DNA from: Tepidisphaera sp.
GTDB lineage: Bacteria; Planctomycetota; Phycisphaerae; Phycisphaerales; UBA1924
Assembly: GCA_050916045.1 (NCBI GenBank)
Contig: CP051526.1
Coordinates: 2,752,001 to 2,816,000, forward strand
DNA length: 64,000 nt
Direction: 5' to 3'
The notes beneath the pieces are model-generated. The model was not told the DNA's origin, made no database searches, and was given only the letters and a program-made list of their open reading frames with translations. The position numbers and the translations under genes were made by a program. Each line of letters starts with the position of its first letter. Position 1 is the first letter of the stretch. This document shows, in pieces, positions 1-9,121 of the stretch.

Positions 1-564
1 CACGACGGCCCTCAGAACATCCGCAGCATCGGGTGCTTCCGGAGGCTCGTACCGCGGGGGCTGGAGCAAGAAGCACCCAGTGGGCCTAGGCTCGCCGGGA
101 GTGCCGAGTTCGATCTTCCACCTCTCTCCGTCACGTGTGACTTCAGCGAACGCAACCGTGTCGGCGATTCGTGGGAGCAACGACTGACTGATCGCACACT
201 GAAAAATGTGTCGGACTTCCACCCTGGTATTGTCGATGTCTTCCGCCCCCACACATCTCAACCCCTCCGCCGTGAGTTCTCCCTCCGGAGTCATTGCGCC
301 ACGATCCACCAATCGGCTCTTGAGTTGATCTACGAGCTGTGGGTGCAATTGAAGAAGAGCCGCCACATGGTCGGAGTCGATGACGTTCGCTCGAGCACAC
401 CCGAGAACAGCCTTCTCAAATGGGGGGAGCCGATCCTCTCCAGCGACCGGAGCGGCAACACGACGGGTCCATACGGGCCATAGGACCCACCGCTCTTTCG
501 CGCCCTGCGGCCACCGGGGCCTGAAGCGGAGCACCGTGGGTGCAACTTTAGATGCGTCGCCCAT
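1..564 (-). CDS. Hypothetical protein, last visible gene of the TerY-P/helicase operon (3' end outside window)
   Basis: Read by hand, not in the ORF track: ATG at 564 overlaps the helicase stop and the frame is open to position 1 (MGDASKVAPTVLRFRPRWPQGAKERWVLWPVWTRRV...PPFEKAVLG...VAALLQLHPQLVDQLKSRLVDRGAMTPEGELT, HTH-like helical pattern). Confidence 0.7.
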   Translation of the reverse strand, partial: MGDASKVAPTVLRFRPRWPQGAKERWVLWPVWTRRVAAPVAGEDRLPPFEKAVLGCARANVIDSDHVAALLQLHPQLVDQLKSRLVDRGAMTPEGELTAEGLRCVGAEDIDNTRVEVRHIFQCAISQSLLPRIADTVAFAEVTRDGERWKIELGTPGEPRPTGCFLLQPPRYEPPEAPDAADVLRAVV

Positions 565-3500
565 GCGTCCCTCCAGTCAGTGTCCAGAAGTCCAAGAGCG
601 CCCTCACACCCGGAACATCCGCAAGGTGCGCCGCGTTGAACATTGCACTGTCGCCAACAGCCACGAGCAGTTTCTGCTGACGACTCATAGCCACACACAA
701 GCGGTTCTCAAGGAGGAGAAAGCCGTACTTCTTGTGCCATGTGCCTGAGCCAGCCTGCACGCGATTGCTGCGTACCAACGAAAGGAACACCACATCAAAT
801 TCCATTCCCTGGAAAGAGTCGACGGTGCCGACTCGTATGCGGCTACGGATCTTCCCAGTTGATGTGAAACGCCATTGGTCTGCGGGCCGCCATCCTTCTT
901 CCTCTTCCTCGAGGATTCCCTGTTCCTGCAGGGCTTCGCAGATCGCTTTGACCTGAGCCGAGTAGAACGAGATGACGCCGATGCTCAAACCCCTATTCTC
1001 AGACCCAATACGATGAACCTCTTCGGCGATCCAACCTGCCTCGGTCGGGCGGCGCTTGCTCCGTCCGCCGACTTCACCGCCCTGCGAATGCGGAATGTCC
1101 TTCCAAGCGGCCACGACACCCTCGTAGGTGCCTCCCAAGCCGTGTTCGAAGTCGGAGGCCGGCCGTGGCGACTCGAACCCCTCGGCATACCGCCGATAGA
1201 AGCCATCGCTAACAAACTGCCCGAGCACCGGATGCATGCGATACTGCCTATCCAGCCGGACATAGCGACGGACCCCATCCTTTAGCTCCAACTGTTCGAG
1301 GTGCTCCCGGAGGCGCTCGAAAAGGCTGCTCTTGAGCGCTTTGCGGGCCGCTTCGCTCGCGGTCGCAGAGAGTTCCCGCTCAACGTCGGGTTCAAGCACG
1401 TGTGGCAACTGGCGATGGTCGCCCACCAGAACGATTCGCTTTTCCGCAATGGACAGCGGGATCATGAGGTCGAGCGGGTTGCATCTCGCGGCCTCGTCCA
1501 CGACGACGTTCCTAAAGGACGGCCACACCTTGTCGCCGAAGGTGACGTCAGAAAGCTTGGCACGCTGCATCGAACCTCCGACCGACTGTTGCACTGTGGC
1601 GGCAAGGCTCGAGGCATATCGCTGGATGTCGTCACGGACGCCGTCCGGGTCGGACTCGAGGTCGTCGATGAGGTCTTCGACTGCCACAGACGCGTCCAGT
1701 GTCGCGACCCGCGCGGCGGCATCCAGCAATCCGAGAACCTCGGTCAGAACTTCCTCAACTGCCTGATTCGGTCTTGCGAGGTCGTCTACGCGGGTGGTCG
1801 GCCGGAGTCGGTTGAGCAAGGACAAGCGAAGGTCTGGCATCATGGACAGCCCAGGGGCTTCGCCATCGCCGTTCCATTCCGCGAGTTGCTCCAGCATTCT
1901 ATCAGCCAGCTCGTCAAGCACGCCCAAGGGACGGAGCAGTCGCAGCGCCTTTCTCGCACGACGAGCACCGTCGTCCCGAGCCGATTCCAGCGTCGTGGGA
2001 AGACCAGACACCGCACCGATCGCTTGTTCGACCTCGATGGGAACGTCGGCGGTTGCGGCGGGAGAGCGAAGGCTTCTGAGCGTCCTGTCGAGCCGTTCTG
2101 CCACCGATGCCGTCAACCACTCGCCGCATTCGGACCGCACATCCTCCAGGAGAGCTGCGTTCGCATCGTCCGTGAGCGGTGCGACACTCACGGCAGAGAG
2201 TCGGTCACGAAGGCGGCGTCGCACAACCTGAACCGGCGAGGTGGACTGGGATGCGATGCTCGCCCGGAGCTTCTCGATGAGCTCCCTTCGCCATCGCTCG
2301 ACCGCATCGTCCGCGCTTCCGTCTCCGGTGCGTCCGCCAATTCGGAAGGCCGGCAGGCCGAAAGCCGTGCTCGCGGACGCTACGTTGTCCACTGCGTCAT
2401 GTTGATAGCTGGTCAGCAGTGTTTGTCCAAGCTGACCGCCCTCACCCTCGCCAAGTTCGGCGAGTCTGGCTTGGAGCGCGGCGATGACCCGTGTTTTTCC
2501 TGTCCCGGGCGGCCCTTGAATGATGGCGATGTCCGGCGTGTTGAGCGCCGCATCCAGTGCTTCAATCTGGGCTGGGGTGGGCTCTGCTCCGAACGCTCGC
2601 AGCGCGGCATCGGTCAGCGGCTGCACTCGCTTCCGCTGAATGACTGGGTGCGAGCTGCCTTCGAGGATCTTTCCTAGCCAGGGAATTCGACAGTTGCCTG
2701 TCGCGATCAGTTCGGCGGCTCGCTCCCGCCGGTCCAGCCTCCGCTCATCGCCAAACGTCGAAACGCTGAGGTATCCGCTGTCCGGGGGAGTTGCGTTCCC
2801 GCCCAACCGTGGGCGGACGTCGAGCCAGCCGGACCCCATTCCGGTCAGTGTTCCACAGAATGTTGGACCGGATGGCGGTCCCTCCTCAGCATCAACAGGT
2901 TCCGTGGTGGCCTGAAGGTCCGCCTCATCCTCGCGGAGCGATTCCAGATTCTCGCGAACCGCTGTGCTTGCTGCGACCCCAAGGAATCGCACCCCGCCAT
3001 CAGACCGTGTCGTGATGCTCGTGTAGTGAATCGAGCCACACTCAACTGCTGCCGCCTGGATCCGCCTTCTTTCGAGCTCGTTGTACTCACGCCAGAGCTT
3101 CATGTAGCTGTCAGCACCCTGAACGAGCATGTCCAACTCGCCTCGCACTTGCACGCGTGCCGCCGTGCGAGTCGCGTCGACAAAAGCCACGTTGGCCGAG
3201 ACCAACGCGAGCGTAGATGCTGTGGATGAGCGACTCGGACGGGCCACTCGCCGAATGAAGTAGGCAGATCCAACTCCTGCATTTGTTTCTATCGGCCGTC
3301 GTTGAACATCGATGACATGCGCGGTCCCGATGATGCGGAAGCCGCGCTCGACCGACGCCCCCCCGCCGGCCGACACAATCAACCGTTCCTGACCGCCAGG
3401 CGATTGAGGTGGAAGAACTGCAGAATCACGAATCAACCGCTCCACGGCTGTTACGCCGTCAACTCCGTACCTCGCACGACAGAGGTCGAGCAACTCTTCG

Positions 3501-3844
3501 TCGATGTGCATGGTCAGTTGATCCGGGCTCTGTACGCCCGTCGCAAACTCATGGACCTGGATCAGAACCGCTTCGGCTGCCGCAGGTTGACCATGGACTT
3601 GCACTACCCACGCGACTTGTGGAAGGCGTCGTTCAAACACCTCTCTCAGCCGGCGCTCGGCTGCCTCATCGGAGCCATGCACGAACACCGTTGTCCCCTG
3701 GGCACGCAGCGTCGGTCCGACTCCTTCCGTGAGAGAGAGCGCCACTTCCGCCCCAACCTGGAGTGGTACCGGGAAATGAGCGTCCGCGCTCGGCCGTAGC
3801 TCAAGAAGGCGAGTGGAACCGACATTCAGCTCAGACGCGTTCAT
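548..3844 (-). CDS. Superfamily 1 (UPF1/DNA2/NAM7-like) helicase with large N-terminal region
   Basis: 1098 aa ORF; Walker A GPPGTGKT, VVVDEAA, VGDHRQL, QYRMHP, TVDSFQGME, NRLCVAMSR; 4-bp overlap with kinase gene. Confidence 0.9.
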   Translation of the reverse strand: MNASELNVGSTRLLELRPSADAHFPVPLQVGAEVALSLTEGVGPTLRAQGTTVFVHGSDEAAERRLREVFERRLPQVAWVVQVHGQPAAAEAVLIQVHEFATGVQSPDQLTMHIDEELLDLCRARYGVDGVTAVERLIRDSAVLPPQSPGGQERLIVSAGGGASVERGFRIIGTAHVIDVQRRPIETNAGVGSAYFIRRVARPSRSSTASTLALVSANVAFVDATRTAARVQVRGELDMLVQGADSYMKLWREYNELERRRIQAAAVECGSIHYTSITTRSDGGVRFLGVAASTAVRENLESLREDEADLQATTEPVDAEEGPPSGPTFCGTLTGMGSGWLDVRPRLGGNATPPDSGYLSVSTFGDERRLDRRERAAELIATGNCRIPWLGKILEGSSHPVIQRKRVQPLTDAALRAFGAEPTPAQIEALDAALNTPDIAIIQGPPGTGKTRVIAALQARLAELGEGEGGQLGQTLLTSYQHDAVDNVASASTAFGLPAFRIGGRTGDGSADDAVERWRRELIEKLRASIASQSTSPVQVVRRRLRDRLSAVSVAPLTDDANAALLEDVRSECGEWLTASVAERLDRTLRSLRSPAATADVPIEVEQAIGAVSGLPTTLESARDDGARRARKALRLLRPLGVLDELADRMLEQLAEWNGDGEAPGLSMMPDLRLSLLNRLRPTTRVDDLARPNQAVEEVLTEVLGLLDAAARVATLDASVAVEDLIDDLESDPDGVRDDIQRYASSLAATVQQSVGGSMQRAKLSDVTFGDKVWPSFRNVVVDEAARCNPLDLMIPLSIAEKRIVLVGDHRQLPHVLEPDVERELSATASEAARKALKSSLFERLREHLEQLELKDGVRRYVRLDRQYRMHPVLGQFVSDGFYRRYAEGFESPRPASDFEHGLGGTYEGVVAAWKDIPHSQGGEVGGRSKRRPTEAGWIAEEVHRIGSENRGLSIGVISFYSAQVKAICEALQEQGILEEEEEGWRPADQWRFTSTGKIRSRIRVGTVDSFQGMEFDVVFLSLVRSNRVQAGSGTWHKKYGFLLLENRLCVAMSRQQKLLVAVGDSAMFNAAHLADVPGVRALLDFWTLTGGTHGRRI

Positions 3845-5229
3845 GTCGACTGCTCCTGCTCAATCCGGAAGTCGATCACACGGTGCACGCTGCGGGCATC
3901 ACCGACGTGGATCGTCAGGTACGGGATCTCTGAACGAAACTCCAATTCACGATCGGTGAGGGTGAGGGGAGACCCCTTCGGTGCGTGGACCTGCATGGTC
4001 GAGTCTGTGTCTCGGGACGCCAGGGATAGCCGCTTACCGTCGAAGCCGATCTTCAGGCATGGTTGCGTAGCCTGATGCGTGGGAACCTCACGCACAAGAC
4101 GTCTGTCAAGCACTATGCCCTCGTCCGGCATGATGACGAACGACGCGACGACGATGTCGCGTCGTTCTGGGCCGAGGACGAATCCTCCTTTGCTCGCCGC
4201 CAACTCGGGGTCCCACAAGCGGATGCGACCTTGGAGGTACGCGGGCCTGACCCCGCCGCACCAGGGGCAAGAGCGGGCAGTACGGAGAAATGTCGCGGGG
4301 CAAGCCTTGCACTTCACGCAGTTGAGAGCGGCGCGCTCAAGCACATCCGCCCATTCTCCTGCCGAAGGGCGATCCGTCGGAACCGTCAACCCCTCACCAA
4401 AGACCCGTGCCGCCAAGCGCAACATGCTCTCGGACATCACTCGATCGCGGGCGATTCCCCGCGAGCTCGCATTGGTTCGATCTCGCAAGTGATCGATCCA
4501 CGGAAAGTCGCCCCGAAGCGCCCGCTCTTCCAATTCAGGCTCTCCCTCTTCGACCATGTCTCCGATGAGTGGATGGGCAAGCGTGAGCATTCGAAAGACC
4601 GTGACCGCGAGCGCATGAGCATCCGCGAGGCTCGATGCCATGCTCAGTCCCTTCACAACCTCGGGAGCTCCGTAGCCCGGCGTGTACAGCGCCTTGTTGG
4701 CCGGATCGCTCGCATACCGCAGGTTGTCGGCGTCGATGAGAACAACCTGGTCATTGGCAACCGCCGTGGACACGTACACGTTGTGCGGCGACACATCGCC
4801 GTAGCAGAGACCCTTGGCGTGCAGGAGGGAGATCGCGCGGGCGGCCCTAGCGCAGATCCGCAGACGCCGTCGAAGTCCACCGGTTTCCTGATACCAACAG
4901 GCTTTTGAACCGGTCCTCGTCGGAGACGGGACCATAGCCTCTTGAAGGGGCCCCATGTCCGCGAGCAACCTCATGAGATATCCCGGCGATGGATGGACGA
5001 TCACTGCCTCGGGTTGGGCGATTGGGATTCCCGAGAGATCCAGAGACCGAAGGAAGTGCATCTGGTTCTCGAGGGTGCGGACTTGCGAAGCGTCTCGCGT
5101 TCGCAAGAGCTTCGCCGCAAGCTTGCCGCCCCTGACCTCAAAGACCACGCCCTGTCCGCCTTCGCCAAGGCGGCGGCCGAGCTCATAACGGTTTTTGCGC
5201 GAATCGACCACGAACATAGCGTCAGCCAT
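3841..5229 (-). CDS. Ser/Thr protein kinase (TerY-P-associated, YegI-like) with C-terminal Zn ribbon
   Basis: Gly loop LGEGGQG, AAK lysine, catalytic loop YGDVSPHN, IDADN, YGAPE; CxxC...CxxC after kinase domain; ATG at 5229 with GGAG upstream. Confidence 0.88.
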   Translation of the reverse strand: MADAMFVVDSRKNRYELGRRLGEGGQGVVFEVRGGKLAAKLLRTRDASQVRTLENQMHFLRSLDLSGIPIAQPEAVIVHPSPGYLMRLLADMGPLQEAMVPSPTRTGSKACWYQETGGLRRRLRICARAARAISLLHAKGLCYGDVSPHNVYVSTAVANDQVVLIDADNLRYASDPANKALYTPGYGAPEVVKGLSMASSLADAHALAVTVFRMLTLAHPLIGDMVEEGEPELEERALRGDFPWIDHLRDRTNASSRGIARDRVMSESMLRLAARVFGEGLTVPTDRPSAGEWADVLERAALNCVKCKACPATFLRTARSCPWCGGVRPAYLQGRIRLWDPELAASKGGFVLGPERRDIVVASFVIMPDEGIVLDRRLVREVPTHQATQPCLKIGFDGKRLSLASRDTDSTMQVHAPKGSPLTLTDRELEFRSEIPYLTIHVGDARSVHRVIDFRIEQEQST

Positions 5230-5941
5230 GGTTGCAACTCCATTGCAGGGCGAAAGTCTGATCGTCTGAGCCACCGCCTACACGAGTGCGTCCTAGCTGA
5301 GAACGCAGAAACATGGCTCGCCGCCTAGCGCTCAAGGGACCGCCGCGTTCTATCAGCCAAGCCGCGAAATGGCCCAGTCGATCGACGGCCAGGTCGTTTG
5401 AAAGCCCGTCGGTGGCAAGGAGGGCCCACACGCCGCCCTCCGAATCGTCAGCTTCCTCTTGTCGCCACGCTCTAGCGCCTCCTCCGCCGCCGAGTGCACA
5501 GGTTTCCCCAAAGTCGCCACCATTCAATTCGACGAGCTTTGAACACTCACTCCCCACCACGCCCATTGCTGCGAGTCCATCCCCTACACCACCAGTGACG
5601 ACCCGCCCCGATCGCAACCGCAGGGTGAACAAGCATGTGGTGGCAAATCGTCCAACATCACCGGGTGGCAGTTTGTCAATCCACGCCTGTTCAACCAGCC
5701 GACCGAAGGAAGCAAGTTCGGAATCACGGGTGATCGTTCTCGCGACCTCGCGTACCGCAGCGCAAGCCGCACGTGACCCCAAATGGCTGAGTTCGCACGA
5801 CCCAACCCCGTCGCACACGACGGCGAGATGCCCGGATGGGGACCGGTAGTGTCCCCATGCGTCTTGATTTGGAGAGCCACACTTGGCGTGTCGGCGTCCA
5901 AGTACCGATGTCCCAATACAGTTCACGTTCATTCTCGGCAT
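5222..5941 (-). CDS. PP2C-family Ser/Thr phosphatase (TerY-P triad)
   Basis: Motifs GRRH...NQDA, VCDGVGS, GVGDG, ATDGL, SDDQT; ATG at 5941 after AGGA; lies between vWA and kinase. Confidence 0.88.
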   Translation of the reverse strand: MPRMNVNCIGTSVLGRRHAKCGSPNQDAWGHYRSPSGHLAVVCDGVGSCELSHLGSRAACAAVREVARTITRDSELASFGRLVEQAWIDKLPPGDVGRFATTCLFTLRLRSGRVVTGGVGDGLAAMGVVGSECSKLVELNGGDFGETCALGGGGGARAWRQEEADDSEGGVWALLATDGLSNDLAVDRLGHFAAWLIERGGPLSARRRAMFLRSQLGRTRVGGGSDDQTFALQWSCNHG

Positions 5942-5952
5942 TAGATTTCCTG

Positions 5953-6615
5953 TTAGATCTCGTCGAGAACGAAGTCCGTGGTCGGAGGCGGCAGAGTGGC
6001 GTTCGGCGTCGCACTTCGCGAGCGAGCCGTGACACTCATGGTCACCCACCTGAAGAACTTCTGAATCTGCCGCGCCTCGCTCGCGGCAAGAACCGGGCGA
6101 GCGGGGTCGTTCACAAACGCACCAAGCATCGCCTTGTCGGCATCGTCGCCAATCGCCAGAGCGAAACGATCGGCTCGCTTACCTCGCTCCGACAGAAGCA
6201 ACTGCTGAATGGGCTTCTGCCACTCGTCGGTCGGTGCGCCATCGGATGCTAGGACGATGACTGGGCGGTACGCGCGCCCCGGGATCTTCGTGCGGTCCTC
6301 AACCAAGGTGGTCGCAAGCGCGACGGCACCCCCCAACGGGGTCCGCCCGCTCGCACGCATTGGATTCCATTTGACCGAACTTGCCGGTGCGAGCGCGGTG
6401 TGCAGTTCAGCTGCCTCGCCACCAAAGGTGATGACCGCGACATGGATCTGCGCCGCTTCTTGGGACTCACTGCCAAAGGCGGTGAGCATTTCGGCCAAAG
6501 CGTGATTCAGGGACTCGATTTTCCCGTGCTCGGACATGCTGCCGCTGACATCAGCGAGAACGATTACCGGCAGGGGGCGGGGGGCTGCGATGGTGAAATC
6601 TGAAAGTTGACTCAT
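5953..6615 (-). CDS. terY: vWA-domain protein, TerY-like
   Basis: MIDAS motif DVSGSM, GRTPLG, YRPVIVLASDGAPTD, FFRWVTMSV; first member of a vWA-PP2C-kinase triad. Confidence 0.9.
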   Translation of the reverse strand: MSQLSDFTIAAPRPLPVIVLADVSGSMSEHGKIESLNHALAEMLTAFGSESQEAAQIHVAVITFGGEAAELHTALAPASSVKWNPMRASGRTPLGGAVALATTLVEDRTKIPGRAYRPVIVLASDGAPTDEWQKPIQQLLLSERGKRADRFALAIGDDADKAMLGAFVNDPARPVLAASEARQIQKFFRWVTMSVTARSRSATPNATLPPPTTDFVLDEI

Positions 6616-6663
6616 TGGTGTTTCTCCAGTCGAATGTTCGCGTCTTGTTTGGGGTGATGGTAT

Positions 6664-6966
6664 TCAGTGCCGACCGCGCCAACTCCTCTTGGGGCGGTCG
6701 ACGTGCTGCACGGTCACGATGCTGCGGTCGGAGGACACGATCATCGCGACATCCTTCCACCGAGAGAGATCAACTCCATACCGGGCCAGTGCATACCCGA
6801 CAGCTCGGGAACCGAGGAAGTACGCCTTCGCCCCATCGCCGGCGTGAAACGTTTCTCCGAACTCCAGCAGTGCCGCCATCCCTTCCTCGCTCACACACCG
6901 CTGTTGGCAGCGTACTGCGGCATGACGGGTCATCCTGAAGCCACCTTTCACGTTCATCGCAACCAT
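6664..6966 (-). CDS. Small DUF4258-like protein (possible RelE-fold RNase or accessory factor)
   Basis: TRHAAVRCQQRCV signature (xxHAxxRxxQRxI) and C-terminal IVTV; ATG at 6966 with AAGGAG RBS. Confidence 0.7.
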   Translation of the reverse strand: MVAMNVKGGFRMTRHAAVRCQQRCVSEEGMAALLEFGETFHAGDGAKAYFLGSRAVGYALARYGVDLSRWKDVAMIVSSDRSIVTVQHVDRPKRSWRGRH

Positions 6967-7017
6967 GACACTTCTCCTTTTTGAGCTCTGCCGGATGGCG
7001 GGCTCTAACCTCACCAA

Positions 7018-7033
7018 AGCGATCGCGATGCCA
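7018..7033 (-). promoter_or_regulatory. Candidate sigma-54 (-24/-12) promoter of the TerY-P/helicase operon
   Basis: Minus strand reads TGGCAT-CGCGA-TCGCT (GG-N10-GC), about 50 nt upstream of the first ATG, with a divergent bEBP gene next door. Confidence 0.6.
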
Positions 7034-7149
7034 ATCGCCACAGTCTGCGTAAGTGCCTGTCACGCAACGTCTTATGGAACTTCGCTTGCGACGCCCCATG
7101 TCCGTAAGTGATCGATTTCGATCGCGTCGTGATCGATATCGCGCACGCC

Positions 7150-7158
7150 TGCTACACT
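7150..7158 (+). promoter_or_regulatory. Candidate extended -10 promoter (TGnTAnnnT) for the bEBP gene
   Basis: TGCTACACT 24 nt before ATG 7183; the identical 9-mer precedes the HTH gene at 43716. Confidence 0.4.
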
Positions 7159-7182
7159 CCGCTTCCACCCGGAGTGCTCCTC

Positions 7183-8763
7183 ATGGCGACATCAATTCTT
7201 CTGAGCTGGGTTGGTGTTTCTGACGTTCAGGCCGGATTGGGAACGACGCCCCGCCGGACTTCAGGATCGCCGCTTGCCGCGGTGGCTGGCCACGTCCGGC
7301 CAGAACGGATCTCTCTGCTTTGGGCGGACAGCGAAAAAACGCCGATCGCGAAATCCGAAGCTTGGAAGGCCTGGCTGCTGTCGAGCCTTGAACAGGCAAA
7401 CCTGCGGCCGGTGATCGAGATTCACGACGTATCCGGCGCGGGTAATCCGGTCATGAACTTCGATTGGGTATGGTCGAAGGCGTCCGTCCTCTTCGACCAG
7501 TGCGCCACAGCCGCGGACGACCTCTTCGTAAACACGAGCAGCGGCACCCCCAAAATGGCATTCGTGTGGTGGACCTTGGCGCTCTCGATGGGTCGGCAGC
7601 GAGCTCGCTGTTTCGAGAGCTCACCAGAGAGTGGCGTGGTCGAGGCGAGCGTCCCACGCGCCTTGGAAGTCCGCTTTCTTGAGGACCGACTTACCGGCGG
7701 TGTGTTTGACGTCCTTGAAACTGAAGGTGTCCGATTGCGACCGGACTTCGCGAGAGACTTTGTTGGGGAGTCTGAGTCGATTCGTCGCGTGAAGTTTCAG
7801 GCTCAGGAAGTTTCGAGGTTCACAAAGTACCCCGTTCTGATCCTTGGCCAACCCGGAACAGGCAAATCGACACTTGCGGAAGCGATTCATCGTGAGAGTG
7901 GAAGACCACCGGAGCGATGGCGAGTTGTCGATTGCGGATCACTTCAGGACCCGGTATCCCGCCACCTTTTGGCTGGATGGAAGCGCAATAGTTTTACGGA
8001 CGCGAAAGATGACAGGAAGGGCATCCTCGCGGAAGCTGATGGCGGTTCGGTTTTCCTTGACGAAATCGGCAATGCGCCGATGGAGGCGCAGATTCAGCTT
8101 CTTCGGTTTCTGCAAACTCGCCGAGTGCGTCCGCTTGGTGGCAGTGAATCCGAGCCCTTAGACGTCCGCATTTTGGCGGCTACCAACCTAGACCTTCGAC
8201 GGGCCATTCGTGACGGCACCTTCCGTCAGGACTTATACGATCGACTTCGCTTTGTTGAGATCGTGTTGCCCCCGCTCAGGGAACGGTTGGACGATGTGAT
8301 GCCGCTCGCGGAGGCGGCGCTAGCTCGGTTCAATGTGGAGTGCGCCGAGCAACTGGAACGAATGGGAAGAGGACACCGCAGATTCGGCCCCGGCGTCGAA
8401 CGGGTTTTTCGCCAGCATGACTGGCCGGGCAATGTTCGAGAACTCGAGTTCTTGGTCGCAAGATTGGCCATTTTTGCCGAGCCACACAAGGCGCGGATAT
8501 CCAAGGACGCGGCTGCCAAGGCGATCGCCGCTAGCACCCCGGAGCCATCTGCTGAGGTGCTCGGACGTCCGATCGGTGATGGCTTTGACCTCGAAGCCGT
8601 GCTCAACCAGGTGCGTGGGCACTACATTGCGAGAGCGCTTGAAGGCACAAACGGCAACAAGTCGGCGGGGGCGGCCCAACTCGGGATTGGCAGGACAGCT
8701 CTGCAGACCATGATTCGCAACCTCCCGTCAAACCTCTTGAGCAGGTTACCTCGGGGCGAGTGA
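7183..8763 (+). CDS. Sigma-54-interacting AAA+ transcriptional regulator with RtcR/CARF-like N-terminal domain and Fis-type HTH
   Basis: Walker A GQPGTGKS, FLDEIG, FRQDLYDRL, WPGNVREL, C-terminal GNKSAGAAQLGIGRTAL; N-terminal ILLSWVGxxD and VNTSSGTP motifs resemble RtcR-type CARF domains. Confidence 0.88.
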   Translation: MATSILLSWVGVSDVQAGLGTTPRRTSGSPLAAVAGHVRPERISLLWADSEKTPIAKSEAWKAWLLSSLEQANLRPVIEIHDVSGAGNPVMNFDWVWSKASVLFDQCATAADDLFVNTSSGTPKMAFVWWTLALSMGRQRARCFESSPESGVVEASVPRALEVRFLEDRLTGGVFDVLETEGVRLRPDFARDFVGESESIRRVKFQAQEVSRFTKYPVLILGQPGTGKSTLAEAIHRESGRPPERWRVVDCGSLQDPVSRHLLAGWKRNSFTDAKDDRKGILAEADGGSVFLDEIGNAPMEAQIQLLRFLQTRRVRPLGGSESEPLDVRILAATNLDLRRAIRDGTFRQDLYDRLRFVEIVLPPLRERLDDVMPLAEAALARFNVECAEQLERMGRGHRRFGPGVERVFRQHDWPGNVRELEFLVARLAIFAEPHKARISKDAAAKAIAASTPEPSAEVLGRPIGDGFDLEAVLNQVRGHYIARALEGTNGNKSAGAAQLGIGRTALQTMIRNLPSNLLSRLPRGE

Positions 8764-8782
8764 ACTGCACAAGGCGGGTCCC

Positions 8783-8815
8783 GCGCGACAGTTTCGAGTC
8801 CTCGTGCACATATAG
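8783..8815 (+). promoter_or_regulatory. Phage bipartite motif copy 1 (GCGCGACA-N11-TCGTGCACATATAG), candidate phage-sigma promoter
   Basis: Identical boxes and spacer length at 14702 and 27687; 30 nt upstream of ATG 8846. Confidence 0.75.
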
Positions 8816-8845
8816 GCGGTGTCTCCGAACGCCAAAGGAGCACCG

Positions 8846-9121
8846 ATGCCCGACCCTGCCGAACCGCCACCGAGGCGGCCGAGACATCCCTCTGCGCCCG
8901 TCGTCGATTCCCACACCCGCCACCGTGAACTCGTGGACCTCATGGCCGCCGGCCTCGAGCGCGTGGTCCTGGCCCCCGAGTCATCGGACATCTCTACGCC
9001 CGAGGATTCTCGCGGCGATGGACTTGAACTCCCGCAGTATGCCGCCCTCAGTGTGTCCGCTCGGTTCCCCGGTAGTGAACGCCGGGGTCCGAACGGGTTC
9101 AAACGCGGAGAGTCGGCATGA
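8846..9121 (+). CDS. Small hypothetical protein preceding DUF2924
   Basis: AAGGAG RBS then ATG 8846; ATGA overlap with the next gene. Confidence 0.55.
   Translation: MPDPAEPPPRRPRHPSAPVVDSHTRHRELVDLMAAGLERVVLAPESSDISTPEDSRGDGLELPQYAALSVSARFPGSERRGPNGFKRGESA

Noticed and set aside
7075..7090. Second GG-N10-GC match (TGGAAC-TTCGC-TTGC) on the plus strand
   Set aside because: It would drive the activator's own gene, which already has an extended -10 candidate; chance matches are likely in GC-rich DNA. Not excluded, but unsupported.
8783..8815. Bipartite motif as recombinase att sites
   Set aside because: There are three direct copies, two internal to essential operon junctions, with no inverted-repeat symmetry; recombination between them would dismember the phage.
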